Source of the DNA: a virus
Lineage: Duplodnaviria > Caudoviricetes
Strand: one strand, 5' to 3'
Length of the DNA: 30,028 nt
Virus record (IMG/VR): IMGVR_UViG_3300035494_000035
Coordinates: 1 to 30,028 of that record
Shown here: positions 1-8,005 of the stretch, piece after piece
Position numbering within the stretch: position 1 is the first letter of the stretch
Layout: each line of letters begins with the position of its first letter
Program-made: the position numbers and the translations under genes
The notes under the pieces: model-generated
Databases searched by the model: none
What the model was told of the DNA's origin: nothing
What the model saw: the letters and a program-made list of their open reading frames with translations, nothing else

Positions 1-1064
1 ACACTATCAAGAACAACATTCATCGCTTCTTGTTTACCACCAAGGATACCACCTGGTCTACCTTTCTTGGTAATCTCATCTCCGAATATCATATCGGAAA
101 GTTTACCATATAAACCAAGTGCTGGGTCTTCTCCTCTTGATTTCTGCTCTTCTCGCTGTTGGGCGATTTGCTTATCGATGCCAATTTCAGAAAGCAAAGA
201 GCGACCCAATGCTCTCAATGGCATACCAGCAATACCCTGATTAAGCAATCTTTCAAAGAATCCACGCTGTTGACTGATTTGACCAGTTCTCAAGAACTCT
301 GTTTGTTGTCGAGTTGCTTCTAAGATTTTCTCTTGAACAGTTAAGCTCTTATCACGCCCAAACAGAACAGACCAAATAGTAGAACCAGTGAATTTTAACA
401 AAGCAATCGATGCTTGTCCTAATGTGTACCACACAGGCTGTCTTACAAACTGTCTCATACTAAGAATCAAAGAACTACCAATATCTTCTTCACTTTGTCT
501 AATTTTTTGTAAAGTTTCCAAAGTCTGAATGGTATATGCCGTATTCTCCCATTGATGTTTCCTAAGAACAGTCATATGCTCGTCATGTAATCGAATCTGA
601 CCGATTAATAAAGGCTCAACAATATCAGAATATGCATTAACCATATCCACTCTGAATGTGGATGCTCTCATTCTTGTGATTAGATTATCAAATGCAGTGT
701 TATCAATTTCTGCAATTGTGATACCATCGTCGAGATGTGAATGAACATCATCGAAATTATATCCCAAGTTTTTTATTTGATTATCTGAATAAGACTTAAT
801 GTTTTTATTATAGTCATCAAGATTTTTGTTTATTGATTTACTTTCTTCTACAAAGTCTTTGCTATAATCATTAGAATCAGTTAATGCTTCTAATTGTTTA
901 TGCTCAATTGCCTCAATATTATCTGAATACTCATCAAATCTTTTATTGGATAATAATGATGATGACATATCCTTAACTTTTGAAGACAAATCAGAGTAGA
1001 TGTCTCCACTTGTTGCTCGGTCTGTGGCTTTATAATACCCGTAGTTTACTATATCTTCAATCAT
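1..1064 (-). CDS. Large protein, N-terminal part only (runs off the window); possible tape-measure or baseplate-hub protein
   Basis: Not in the ORF track. Translated by hand from ATG at 1064 (GGGTGA upstream): MIEDIVNYGYYKATDRATSGDIYSDLSSKVKD...GFFERLLNQGIAGMPLRALGRSLLSEIG..., open to position 1. Helical character and position in the tail module suggest the function; the function is inference only. Confidence 0.5.
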   Translation of the reverse strand, partial: MIEDIVNYGYYKATDRATSGDIYSDLSSKVKDMSSSLLSNKRFDEYSDNIEAIEHKQLEALTDSNDYSKDFVEESKSINKNLDDYNKNIKSYSDNQIKNLGYNFDDVHSHLDDGITIAEIDNTAFDNLITRMRASTFRVDMVNAYSDIVEPLLIGQIRLHDEHMTVLRKHQWENTAYTIQTLETLQKIRQSEEDIGSSLILSMRQFVRQPVWYTLGQASIALLKFTGSTIWSVLFGRDKSLTVQEKILEATRQQTEFLRTGQISQQRGFFERLLNQGIAGMPLRALGRSLLSEIGIDKQIAQQREEQKSRGEDPALGLYGKLSDMIFGDEITKKGRPGGILGGKQEAMNVVLDS

Positions 1065-1081
1065 ATTATCCAATCACCCAA

Positions 1082-3148
1082 TTAAGAAATTGTACCAATC
1101 TTTTGTAAAACAATTTGTTCTGCATTTCTGTAGTAAGGAATATACTTACGAACCAGCAAGCCAGAAGACAAATCATATACATAAAAAGATGAAATGAGTT
1201 TAACTGGGTCAGAATTTTCATCATAGTTTGGATTCGGTTCAGTAACGTACCAAATCTCAAAATCAACTCGGTCAGCCAAACTATAACCAGCAACAAAATC
1301 AGCACGATAACGTGTGCCTCGCAAAAAGTTCTTGACACGATTCCAAATAGATGGTTTATCTGTTGGGTATACTACCTTGTCTTTGCGACCACTACTGATG
1401 ATTCTATCAAAGATGGTCGGTGCATATCGACCCATACGTGTTTCATCAGTATACTTGACAATCGTATTCATTAAAGTTGCTTGTAGTTTTTTGAAGTTGA
1501 TGGAATCTCTATCAGCTTCTTGTCTGATTTTAGAAACACGATTATTATAAGCAGGTTTACCAGTTTCATCAGCAATCTCACTAGCAAATTCATCAGCCAT
1601 TTGTTTTTGGCGAGAGAACTCAGTAATATCAAACTGTTCATTCACTGCTCTGGCTTTCTTAAAGGTGTCATTGACGCGACTTCTGTTCATTGGGTATACA
1701 TTATCAGCCGCACCAAAGAAATCGTCTTCTGCTGACTTCACACCGCCTTTAATCACATCATAGATATTCTGTTGAATTTGCTTGATGATTTCTTCGTACT
1801 CTTGTTTTGAAATTTTATCGGCTTGGAGTTGTTGTCTAGCTTTTTCGACTTTTTTCTCAACAGCTTCTTTTTCCCATTTTTTCAATTGTCGTACTTCTGA
1901 ACCAATCTTAACCTCCACATCTTTCATATCACGTTTTTCAAAGTCTGAAATGTTAAAAACATCACGCTTGATGTCTTTAATTTTCTTTTTGAATTCTTCT
2001 CGTTCTTTCTTTTTCTTTTCTGCTTCCTTTGTGGCCTTTTCTGCTTCTGCTTTTTCTCGTGCCAACATATCATCGGTTCGAGTGTCAATATCTTGACGCA
2101 TTGCTCTCAAGAAAGAGTCAACAACTGTTTTGTCGGTTGGATTTTGTAAGAATTCAACATCTTTTGGTGAGCGTTTAGCCAATTGCAAAAACAAAGACTT
2201 CATCACTTCTGCCAATGTCTTAGAACGCTTACTCAATTCTCCACCACGATGGTCATGTAGGGTGTATGTTGAATCAATGGTATTGAACCAAATCTCAAAT
2301 AAGAAGTTCTTATCAACTTGGTAGCCCATGATGAAGATTTTCTTCCACTTTCTACCAAGAAAACTGCCTTCTGATTTAAGACCAACGGTGTCTTTTTTCC
2401 AAAGTCTTAACCAGTTGAATAGTGATGGTTTAGGAATACGGCTCATATTTGAGTAGAATTCACCAGGAAATAACTCTTCCTTGTTGATACTGTCAATGAT
2501 TCTACCAGTTCTTGAACTGTCACGACCTCTTGTACCGAACAGAATGTCGTCTTTTTCTGGCTCTTCTTCAGACAATGAGCGTAAATATTCTTCTGGGTCT
2601 TCAAAGCCTTTCTCTTTTGCAATGGCATCCTTATCAACTTGTACAACATTACCTTCAACATAAGTCGGAACATCATTCAAGTTGTTATATTTCAATTCAG
2701 TAAAGAACTCATTTCGACCCATTCCATATGCAGGAGAATAGTCAAGCTTTAATGGAATGAGGTGTTTGTTGCCGAATGTTTTTGAGAAGTGAGCCGCCAT
2801 AGCTGTGACTTTCTCACCAGCAAGTTTGCTATGTCCTTGCTTGATGATTGATTCTGGTACACCAACGGCAACCAAAATATCACGATAGCTTTTATAATTG
2901 CTCAAGTCTGCATAGACATCCCAAAACTGTTTCCATGTTACAGAAAATTCTTCATAGTCATTTGTTGTTTTATTTAGAATCTTAAAGTTATATACACTTG
3001 GTGTGCTACCAGTCGATTCATTCAACAGAATATCAATTTTACTTTCAATCAGGGTTGCTTTTGATTCAGATAAAAGTTTACCTTCAGTTAAGAGACTAAG
3101 TAAAACTTCACCTGCATCATGTTCATTAATTTGATTCTTATAACTCAT
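1082..3148 (-). CDS. 688 aa hypothetical late protein with a coiled-coil centre and a duplicated domain; possible internal head protein
   Basis: Long ORF with its own TATAAATA promoter. N-terminus is rich in (I/L)-x-E motifs. Two copies of a GY-x7-FEIW motif. Confidence 0.7.
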   Translation of the reverse strand: MSYKNQINEHDAGEVLLSLLTEGKLLSESKATLIESKIDILLNESTGSTPSVYNFKILNKTTNDYEEFSVTWKQFWDVYADLSNYKSYRDILVAVGVPESIIKQGHSKLAGEKVTAMAAHFSKTFGNKHLIPLKLDYSPAYGMGRNEFFTELKYNNLNDVPTYVEGNVVQVDKDAIAKEKGFEDPEEYLRSLSEEEPEKDDILFGTRGRDSSRTGRIIDSINKEELFPGEFYSNMSRIPKPSLFNWLRLWKKDTVGLKSEGSFLGRKWKKIFIMGYQVDKNFLFEIWFNTIDSTYTLHDHRGGELSKRSKTLAEVMKSLFLQLAKRSPKDVEFLQNPTDKTVVDSFLRAMRQDIDTRTDDMLAREKAEAEKATKEAEKKKKEREEFKKKIKDIKRDVFNISDFEKRDMKDVEVKIGSEVRQLKKWEKEAVEKKVEKARQQLQADKISKQEYEEIIKQIQQNIYDVIKGGVKSAEDDFFGAADNVYPMNRSRVNDTFKKARAVNEQFDITEFSRQKQMADEFASEIADETGKPAYNNRVSKIRQEADRDSINFKKLQATLMNTIVKYTDETRMGRYAPTIFDRIISSGRKDKVVYPTDKPSIWNRVKNFLRGTRYRADFVAGYSLADRVDFEIWYVTEPNPNYDENSDPVKLISSFYVYDLSSGLLVRKYIPYYRNAEQIVLQKIGTIS

Positions 3149-3188
3149 TTTTCAGATACCTCTAGGTACAATAATCCATTTATGAAAG

Positions 3189-3196
3189 TATTTATA
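3189..3196 (-). promoter_or_regulatory. T4-type late promoter TATAAATA
   Basis: Exact consensus on the minus strand, about 40 nt upstream of the ATG at 3148 and just past a terminator. Confidence 0.75.
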
Positions 3197-3202
3197 AGAA
3201 AA

Positions 3203-3230
3203 AGAAAAGCTCCTTTAAAGGAGCTTTTCT
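3203..3230. terminator. Intrinsic terminator, likely bidirectional
   Basis: Perfect 28 bp palindrome AGAAAAGCTCCTTT|AAAGGAGCTTTTCT directly after the stop of the small ORF. Confidence 0.8.
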
Positions 3231-3376
3231 CAGAGGAGCCTTGGGCTTGGTGTGATGAACGGGTCTTTGTTGTTCAAATCTTTAGTGATATTATCAATAA
3301 AGAACTGAATACTCGTTACCGTCATGTTTCTGTATTCTGAAGGTTGAATTCTCAATATCTTAGAGAAATCATACAT
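3230..3376 (-). CDS. Small gp51-like baseplate hub assembly or tail chaperone peptide (48 aa from ATG)
   Basis: MYDFSKILRIQPSEYRNMTVTSIQFFI resembles the short S-E-x-x-x-M peptides that follow gp26-like genes. Overlaps the 3' end of the gp26-like gene and fills the gap to the terminator. Confidence 0.6.
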   Translation of the reverse strand: MYDFSKILRIQPSEYRNMTVTSIQFFIDNITKDLNNKDPFITPSPRLL

Positions 3377-4223
3377 ATTCTTCAAAATTAAATTGTACGG
3401 TTGGATTGAGAATGTCTTCGACTGAAAAGGGTAAGTCGAATGGCGTGACCTCACCACACGCACTACAAGTATGCTCTAAGCGTGTTTTTACACCATAAGC
3501 ATACTGTCTATGGAATTCTTTAATAATCGCCATCTCGTGTGCTGTAATGTTGTTTCCGACCCAATCAATCTTTGTGTCCAACATCATAGGCACACCAACA
3601 TCAATTGATAACACCAACATCAAATATTCATATCGATGTTGTTTGTTCTTGAGCATATACTTTTCGGCATTAAGTTCATCCCCCACAGTGTTAAGACGAA
3701 CTTTAACCTCTTCGCCATTTTTCAATGGAAGTGTGAACGCTCCAGTGAAGTTTTCTTTAGGGTCAACAACATCTAAGGCAGTTAAGTCGATATTATGCTT
3801 GTCTTCGTTGCCACAAGACCCACAAGTGATTTCTAGTGTCTTACGTGGACTGTAGTTGTTAGCCCATAGCCAGATAAGTGCATAATCCCTATCATGAACG
3901 CATAAGTTCTCATAGAACTCGCAATCCATCAATACAGACTTCAATACACCATTCAGGGTTCGTGCGTAGTTCTCAGCAGTGGATGATGCTAGAATCTCTT
4001 CATCCTTTGCCAACATATCACGATATTGAACTGATTCTGGATAACCAAATTGACCTTTTGATGGTAAGTCGAGAATGTTAGCGGGTTTAGGTGCTTTTAC
4101 ATCTTCATCAACAGGTGTATCAACCATTTTGGGTTTTGGTTTGGTAGTCTTTGTTTGCTTCTTTGGTGCTGTTGGTTTTTCTTCAACAGGGTCATCCACA
4201 AACATATTTTGTGTTGGTTTCAT
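3369..4223 (-). CDS. gp26: Baseplate hub subunit or assembly protein, T4 gp26-like
   Basis: LPSKG, MLAKDEEIL and DRDYALIWLWA motifs plus two CxxC pairs (CGSC, CSAC), as in the gp26 family. GAGGAG RBS. Confidence 0.75.
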   Translation of the reverse strand: MKPTQNMFVDDPVEEKPTAPKKQTKTTKPKPKMVDTPVDEDVKAPKPANILDLPSKGQFGYPESVQYRDMLAKDEEILASSTAENYARTLNGVLKSVLMDCEFYENLCVHDRDYALIWLWANNYSPRKTLEITCGSCGNEDKHNIDLTALDVVDPKENFTGAFTLPLKNGEEVKVRLNTVGDELNAEKYMLKNKQHRYEYLMLVLSIDVGVPMMLDTKIDWVGNNITAHEMAIIKEFHRQYAYGVKTRLEHTCSACGEVTPFDLPFSVEDILNPTVQFNFEEYV

Positions 4224-4250
4224 CTCTTTTCTCTCCTCTCACGATTTATC

Positions 4251-4964
4251 TTAAAATAAACTTTTCACTGCATTGCCCATTTTGGAAACAATATCTGCTA
4301 TTTCATTATTTAGTCCACCACCAAGATTACCTTTTCCAAATCCTGGCTTCCCTCTTCCGATGAAATCTCTCTGTGCATTATCAACTGCTTGTCTGATTTG
4401 GTGTGCAGGTATGATGTAATGCTCAACAGTATCACCAGTGAATGATACACTATACTGCATAATACCAGCAGATTCATACGAATAATTGATTGGTGATATA
4501 CCAGTAGGGAAATACCCAATGTATCGACTAAAATGAATGTCATCACCAGTAGAAGATAATCTCACAATCTTAATATCTCTTTTGTAAGCGGCTGGTGGAT
4601 AGTATAATCCATTACTATCAACTATAGAACTCATCCAACAGTTGAAGTAATCCAGTGTCAATCCATCTTCCATTTCATCAATCTTGATGGTGATGTTTCC
4701 AATGTCATTATGGGTTGCAGTGTAGAAGAAACTTGAATTAAGTGTGTTCTTCTTTGTTTCCAGTGTTGGATTTGGTGCTTCAATTGATGTGATTCTGCTT
4801 GATAGGTCATCCAACTCAGTTCCACTTCTCTGTTCACATGCACCAATTCTTGGATATGGACTATTTGCTGGTTGAACTAAAGATGGCAACTCAACTCTCC
4901 ACATATATTCCATTTGTGGGTTTTGTGTCTTCTTGCGCTCAACTGCTTTCAATATCTGAGACAT
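4251..4964 (-). CDS. Tail-tube-fold protein (gp19/gp54-like tube initiator paralog)
   Basis: NPQMEYMWRVEL, YFNCWMSSI, YKRDIKI, GYFPTGISPINYSY and YSVSFTGD motifs align with the neighbouring tube protein. 1 nt TAATG overlap with the upstream gene. Confidence 0.7.
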   Translation of the reverse strand: MSQILKAVERKKTQNPQMEYMWRVELPSLVQPANSPYPRIGACEQRSGTELDDLSSRITSIEAPNPTLETKKNTLNSSFFYTATHNDIGNITIKIDEMEDGLTLDYFNCWMSSIVDSNGLYYPPAAYKRDIKIVRLSSTGDDIHFSRYIGYFPTGISPINYSYESAGIMQYSVSFTGDTVEHYIIPAHQIRQAVDNAQRDFIGRGKPGFGKGNLGGGLNNEIADIVSKMGNAVKSLF

Positions 4965-5545
4965 TATTTCATTTCCCTTTTAGTAAAATGGAACATAACA
5001 TCGAATGTTAATTCACCAGACTCACCATAACTCAACGATGCTTCCGTAATCTCATATGGATAACACTTCTTGAATTTAAATGTTTGTGTGTTCAATAAAT
5101 TGCTATTATCTTTAAGATTCAGTGTTATGTCTCGGTAGTATGTCTCTGGCAGAGCTTTCAAATTCTCTTCACCATATTGACAAAGTTCAAACCAATCATT
5201 AAAGAATCGGTAAGCATCAAGTGCTTGGTTATCCCAAAACGTAACTCGGAAAATTCTTGGAGAAGTATCACGACCCGTATAAGAATACTCAACACCCGCA
5301 TGGTATCTCTTGATTGATTCTTGAACTCTCGGTGGGATTGCGGTTGCTTTGGCAAAGTATCTAAGATTTCTTCCCTTATTGCTACCTGTTTGTGGGTCAC
5401 TGAACTCAACCTCCCACATATAGGCACGCTGAATCTCTTGAGCAGATGACATCGCAATATCAACAACATCAGCAATTTGTCTACCCAAATCAGGACTAGC
5501 TCTTCTTAGTAATTCCTTACCCTTGTTTATGATTCCCAAATCCAT
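4964..5545 (-). CDS. Tail-tube-fold protein (gp19/gp48/gp54-like paralog)
   Basis: QRAYMWEVEF, GRDTSPRIFRVTFWD, YRFFNDW and CYPYEITEASLSY motifs. Start placed at ATG 5545 because of a GGAG RBS. Confidence 0.72.
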   Translation of the reverse strand: MDLGIINKGKELLRRASPDLGRQIADVVDIAMSSAQEIQRAYMWEVEFSDPQTGSNKGRNLRYFAKATAIPPRVQESIKRYHAGVEYSYTGRDTSPRIFRVTFWDNQALDAYRFFNDWFELCQYGEENLKALPETYYRDITLNLKDNSNLLNTQTFKFKKCYPYEITEASLSYGESGELTFDVMFHFTKREMK

Positions 5546-5570
5546 ACAAATCTCCAATTAGCATCAATAG

Positions 5571-5578
5571 TATTTATT
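5571..5578 (-). promoter_or_regulatory. Late promoter variant AATAAATA
   Basis: AATAAATACTATT lies between a terminator and the next RBS, in the same context as other late promoters here. Confidence 0.6.
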
Positions 5579-5584
5579 GGATAC

Positions 5585-5606
5585 AAAAAAGCCCCTAAAA
5601 AGGGGC
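5585..5606 (-). terminator. Intrinsic terminator after tail tube gene
   Basis: GCCCCT-TTTT-AGGGGC followed by T6 on the minus strand. Confidence 0.8.
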
Positions 5607-5637
5607 AAACTTCCAACTAGAAACTCAAAATTATTTA

Positions 5638-6141
5638 TTATTCTGCATAGTGCTCATCGTATGAGAAGGTCACTGCAATCTTAGCATGGTCACTTGCTGA
5701 ATAATCCAAAGAAATCTCACCGATAGAGGTAGGATATACTTTGGTCAAACGATGTGTACCAGAAAGGGTTGCAGAATCAGCCTTAAACATTTTGATGCGA
5801 AGTTCAGCCGCCAAAAGGCTACGATATGCACCGCCACCTAAAGTCTCATCCAATGCACCGTTAATCCAGTTATTGAAGAATGAATATACATTGCGGTCTT
5901 CATCATCATAGAAGTTTACGGTAACTGTATGAGGTGATGCATCACGCCCTGGATAGATTGTCTTACGACCTTTGAAGTTCACTTCAATAGTTTCAATTGA
6001 TTTCTCTGGAATAGAAACAGTCTCAACACGTTGAGTTAAGATTGGCTTAGTACCAGAAACAGTTGAACCTAGTAACTCAACTTCATACTCAAAAGCTCTT
6101 TGTGGATTATCCATACCACGAATATCATTAATAGTAGCCAT
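5638..6141 (-). CDS. gp19: Major tail tube protein, T4 gp19-like
   Basis: 167 aa with SIPEKSIETIEVNFKGRKTIYPGR, FFNNW, VYPTSIGEISLDY and VTFSYD motifs. Downstream of the sheath, with its own late promoter and terminator. Confidence 0.88.
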   Translation of the reverse strand: MATINDIRGMDNPQRAFEYEVELLGSTVSGTKPILTQRVETVSIPEKSIETIEVNFKGRKTIYPGRDASPHTVTVNFYDDEDRNVYSFFNNWINGALDETLGGGAYRSLLAAELRIKMFKADSATLSGTHRLTKVYPTSIGEISLDYSASDHAKIAVTFSYDEHYAE

Positions 6142-6176
6142 TATGCTCTCCGATTAATTTGGTTTATTTACTATAG

Positions 6177-6184
6177 TATTTATA
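6177..6184 (-). promoter_or_regulatory. T4-type late promoter TATAAATA for tail tube
   Basis: Exact consensus upstream of the tube gene RBS. Confidence 0.8.
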
Positions 6185-6195
6185 ACTTTCTTCAG

Positions 6196-6227
6196 AAATA
6201 AAAAAGCCCCAATTAAGGGGCTTTTTT
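6196..6227. terminator. Intrinsic terminator; 27 bp direct-repeat copy 1
   Basis: GCCCC-AATTAA-GGGGC with A and T tracts on both sides. 6196-6222 is identical to 7957-7983. Confidence 0.82.
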
Positions 6228-7884
6228 ATTTCTGCAAAGTAAACTTCAAAGAGCCTGAGTCATATACTCGAAAGAATCCGTGGTTATTCATGTTTTTGTG
6301 CTCAGATATATCTTGGTCAAAATTTTCCAAAATGTTTGGTAGTCTATGTTTCATTGCTTGGTAACGGCTTAATACCATTCCATTGCTATTATAATACAAA
6401 TAATTCGGAGGAGTATACCCTTCAAATGTGAATCCATTTTTAGAGTAAACATCACCATGACTATGCCCATAACTTGCAAATGTTTTAATCACATCCCATT
6501 CATTATTTTTTAAAAAGAATTTCAAAAGTTTACTAAACCCACCAACAACGTGTTTCGAAGTTGCGTACCTAGAAATTTCATATGTTTTGCTATTTTTTAT
6601 TTTTTGCATACAAAGCAAAGCAACCATCTCATCTCCGAAAAATAGTCCAATATTGGAGGTGCTTCGAATTTTTCCTTGCAAATGATTATTCTCTAAAAAT
6701 TCCATAGCCAATTTGGAAGGAATGTCGGCTTTAACTTTGCAATTTCTTGCGTAAACCTTATCTTTACTAATTCCCAATTTGTGACGTATCATTCGTTTGA
6801 TTATATCTTTTTTGTTACTATCATCCCACTCATGTTGCCATATATGCATCAACAGAATTCCACGTTCCATACAGGCACTTGATTTATTTTTGTGGTAATC
6901 CTTTTCCTTAAAATTTTCTGAGTGCCAGTATAGACCATTGAATTCTATCGCAAAATTCTTTTCTGGTATATAAATGTCTAATTCTTTCCCACCTAATACA
7001 TTCCTATCCGAAGTTTTTATAGTTAAGTCTGGGGAAATGTCTTTAATGAATTCAACAACTTCATTTTCTCCAATACTACTTTTTGTCGGTGAAGATAAAC
7101 CAAGCCTAGCCATTTTTGCATGGATAGGTGATACTGTATACCCCAATGCGCGTGATACCATCTTTGGATAAACCAGTTCTTCACACAACTGTTTAAACTT
7201 TTCATCATCTTCCCAAATGGATAATGCAGTGTTCGATTTTGTAAGTTTTGATTCGTGAGTTACCCCATATTGTTTTAGAAAATTTTTCTTTCGAGACTCT
7301 ACTACCTTCTCTTTTATTTGTGGGTCATTCATCGGGTGTCCGTCATATTTCTTAGCGAAGGTTTCCTTTATTTTATTTCTACATTCTGGTGTTGATATTC
7401 TCCACTCGCCATTCTGCGTTTTTAAGGATTTTTCTTTTATTTCATCAACTTGCATGACAGATGGTTTCCCATATTTTTTTAGTATAGCGTTCTTGTACTC
7501 GTTCTTTCCACTTTCTGTTCGCATATTGTGGTCGCCATATCTATCTATGGTTGTAGCTTTTCTCTTTTCTATTGTTTCGGAAGATTTTGAAGCACATAGT
7601 CTTGAACAAAAATCAGAAAAACGGTAAGAATCGTACACACCATTTTTATCTTCATTCTGTCTAATAGAAGAGTGAGACTTACCGCATTTTTTGCACAATG
7701 GCAATTCATTTATATCGTTCATGATGCAATAAATGCGAAATGTCGTGGTGACATTTTCTGGAAGAAATCTAGTGTAATCGTAAATTCTTTTTTTAATATC
7801 AGCAAGATTCTTGGATTTACCAAAACTTTTTCCTTCTGGGAATCCTAGTCTTTCTAACTCTTTTAATATTTCTTCTTTTTCCAT
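6226..7884 (-). CDS. Hef-like freestanding endonuclease (Zn ribbon, KYG repeats, Vsr/PD-(D/E)xK-like nuclease, Mom-like GNAT C-terminus), copy 1
   Basis: CKKC and CSRLC; repeated T-x-x-x-x-YG units; ELDIYIPEKNFAIEFNGLYWHS; C-terminal NHLQG, EISRY, GGFSKLL, TFAS, GDVYSKNGF. Inserted between sheath and tube. Confidence 0.8.
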   Translation of the reverse strand: MEKEEILKELERLGFPEGKSFGKSKNLADIKKRIYDYTRFLPENVTTTFRIYCIMNDINELPLCKKCGKSHSSIRQNEDKNGVYDSYRFSDFCSRLCASKSSETIEKRKATTIDRYGDHNMRTESGKNEYKNAILKKYGKPSVMQVDEIKEKSLKTQNGEWRISTPECRNKIKETFAKKYDGHPMNDPQIKEKVVESRKKNFLKQYGVTHESKLTKSNTALSIWEDDEKFKQLCEELVYPKMVSRALGYTVSPIHAKMARLGLSSPTKSSIGENEVVEFIKDISPDLTIKTSDRNVLGGKELDIYIPEKNFAIEFNGLYWHSENFKEKDYHKNKSSACMERGILLMHIWQHEWDDSNKKDIIKRMIRHKLGISKDKVYARNCKVKADIPSKLAMEFLENNHLQGKIRSTSNIGLFFGDEMVALLCMQKIKNSKTYEISRYATSKHVVGGFSKLLKFFLKNNEWDVIKTFASYGHSHGDVYSKNGFTFEGYTPPNYLYYNSNGMVLSRYQAMKHRLPNILENFDQDISEHKNMNNHGFFRVYDSGSLKFTLQK

Positions 7885-7908
7885 AAACCCTCCAATGATA
7901 ATTATATG

Positions 7909-7939
7909 TATTTATAGCCAATTAGAAGCAAAATGTCAA
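7909..7939 (-). promoter_or_regulatory. Hybrid promoter TTGACA-N17-TATAAATA
   Basis: Perfect -35, 17 nt spacer, and a -10 that is also the T4 late consensus. Confidence 0.8.
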
Positions 7940-7956
7940 GATACCTTTTGATATGT

Positions 7957-7983
7957 AAATAAAAAAGCCCCAATTAAGGGGCT
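7957..7983 (-). terminator. Intrinsic terminator after tail sheath; 27 bp direct-repeat copy 2
   Basis: GCCCC-TTAATT-GGGGC-TTTTTT on the minus strand. Confidence 0.82.
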
Positions 7984-8005
7984 AAAACCTAATCGAAGGT
8001 TTTTA

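Noticed and set aside
7894-7908. Fur-like half site AATGATAATTAT upstream of endonuclease copy 1
   Set aside because: Only half of the palindrome matches, in AT-rich DNA. Not distinguishable from chance.
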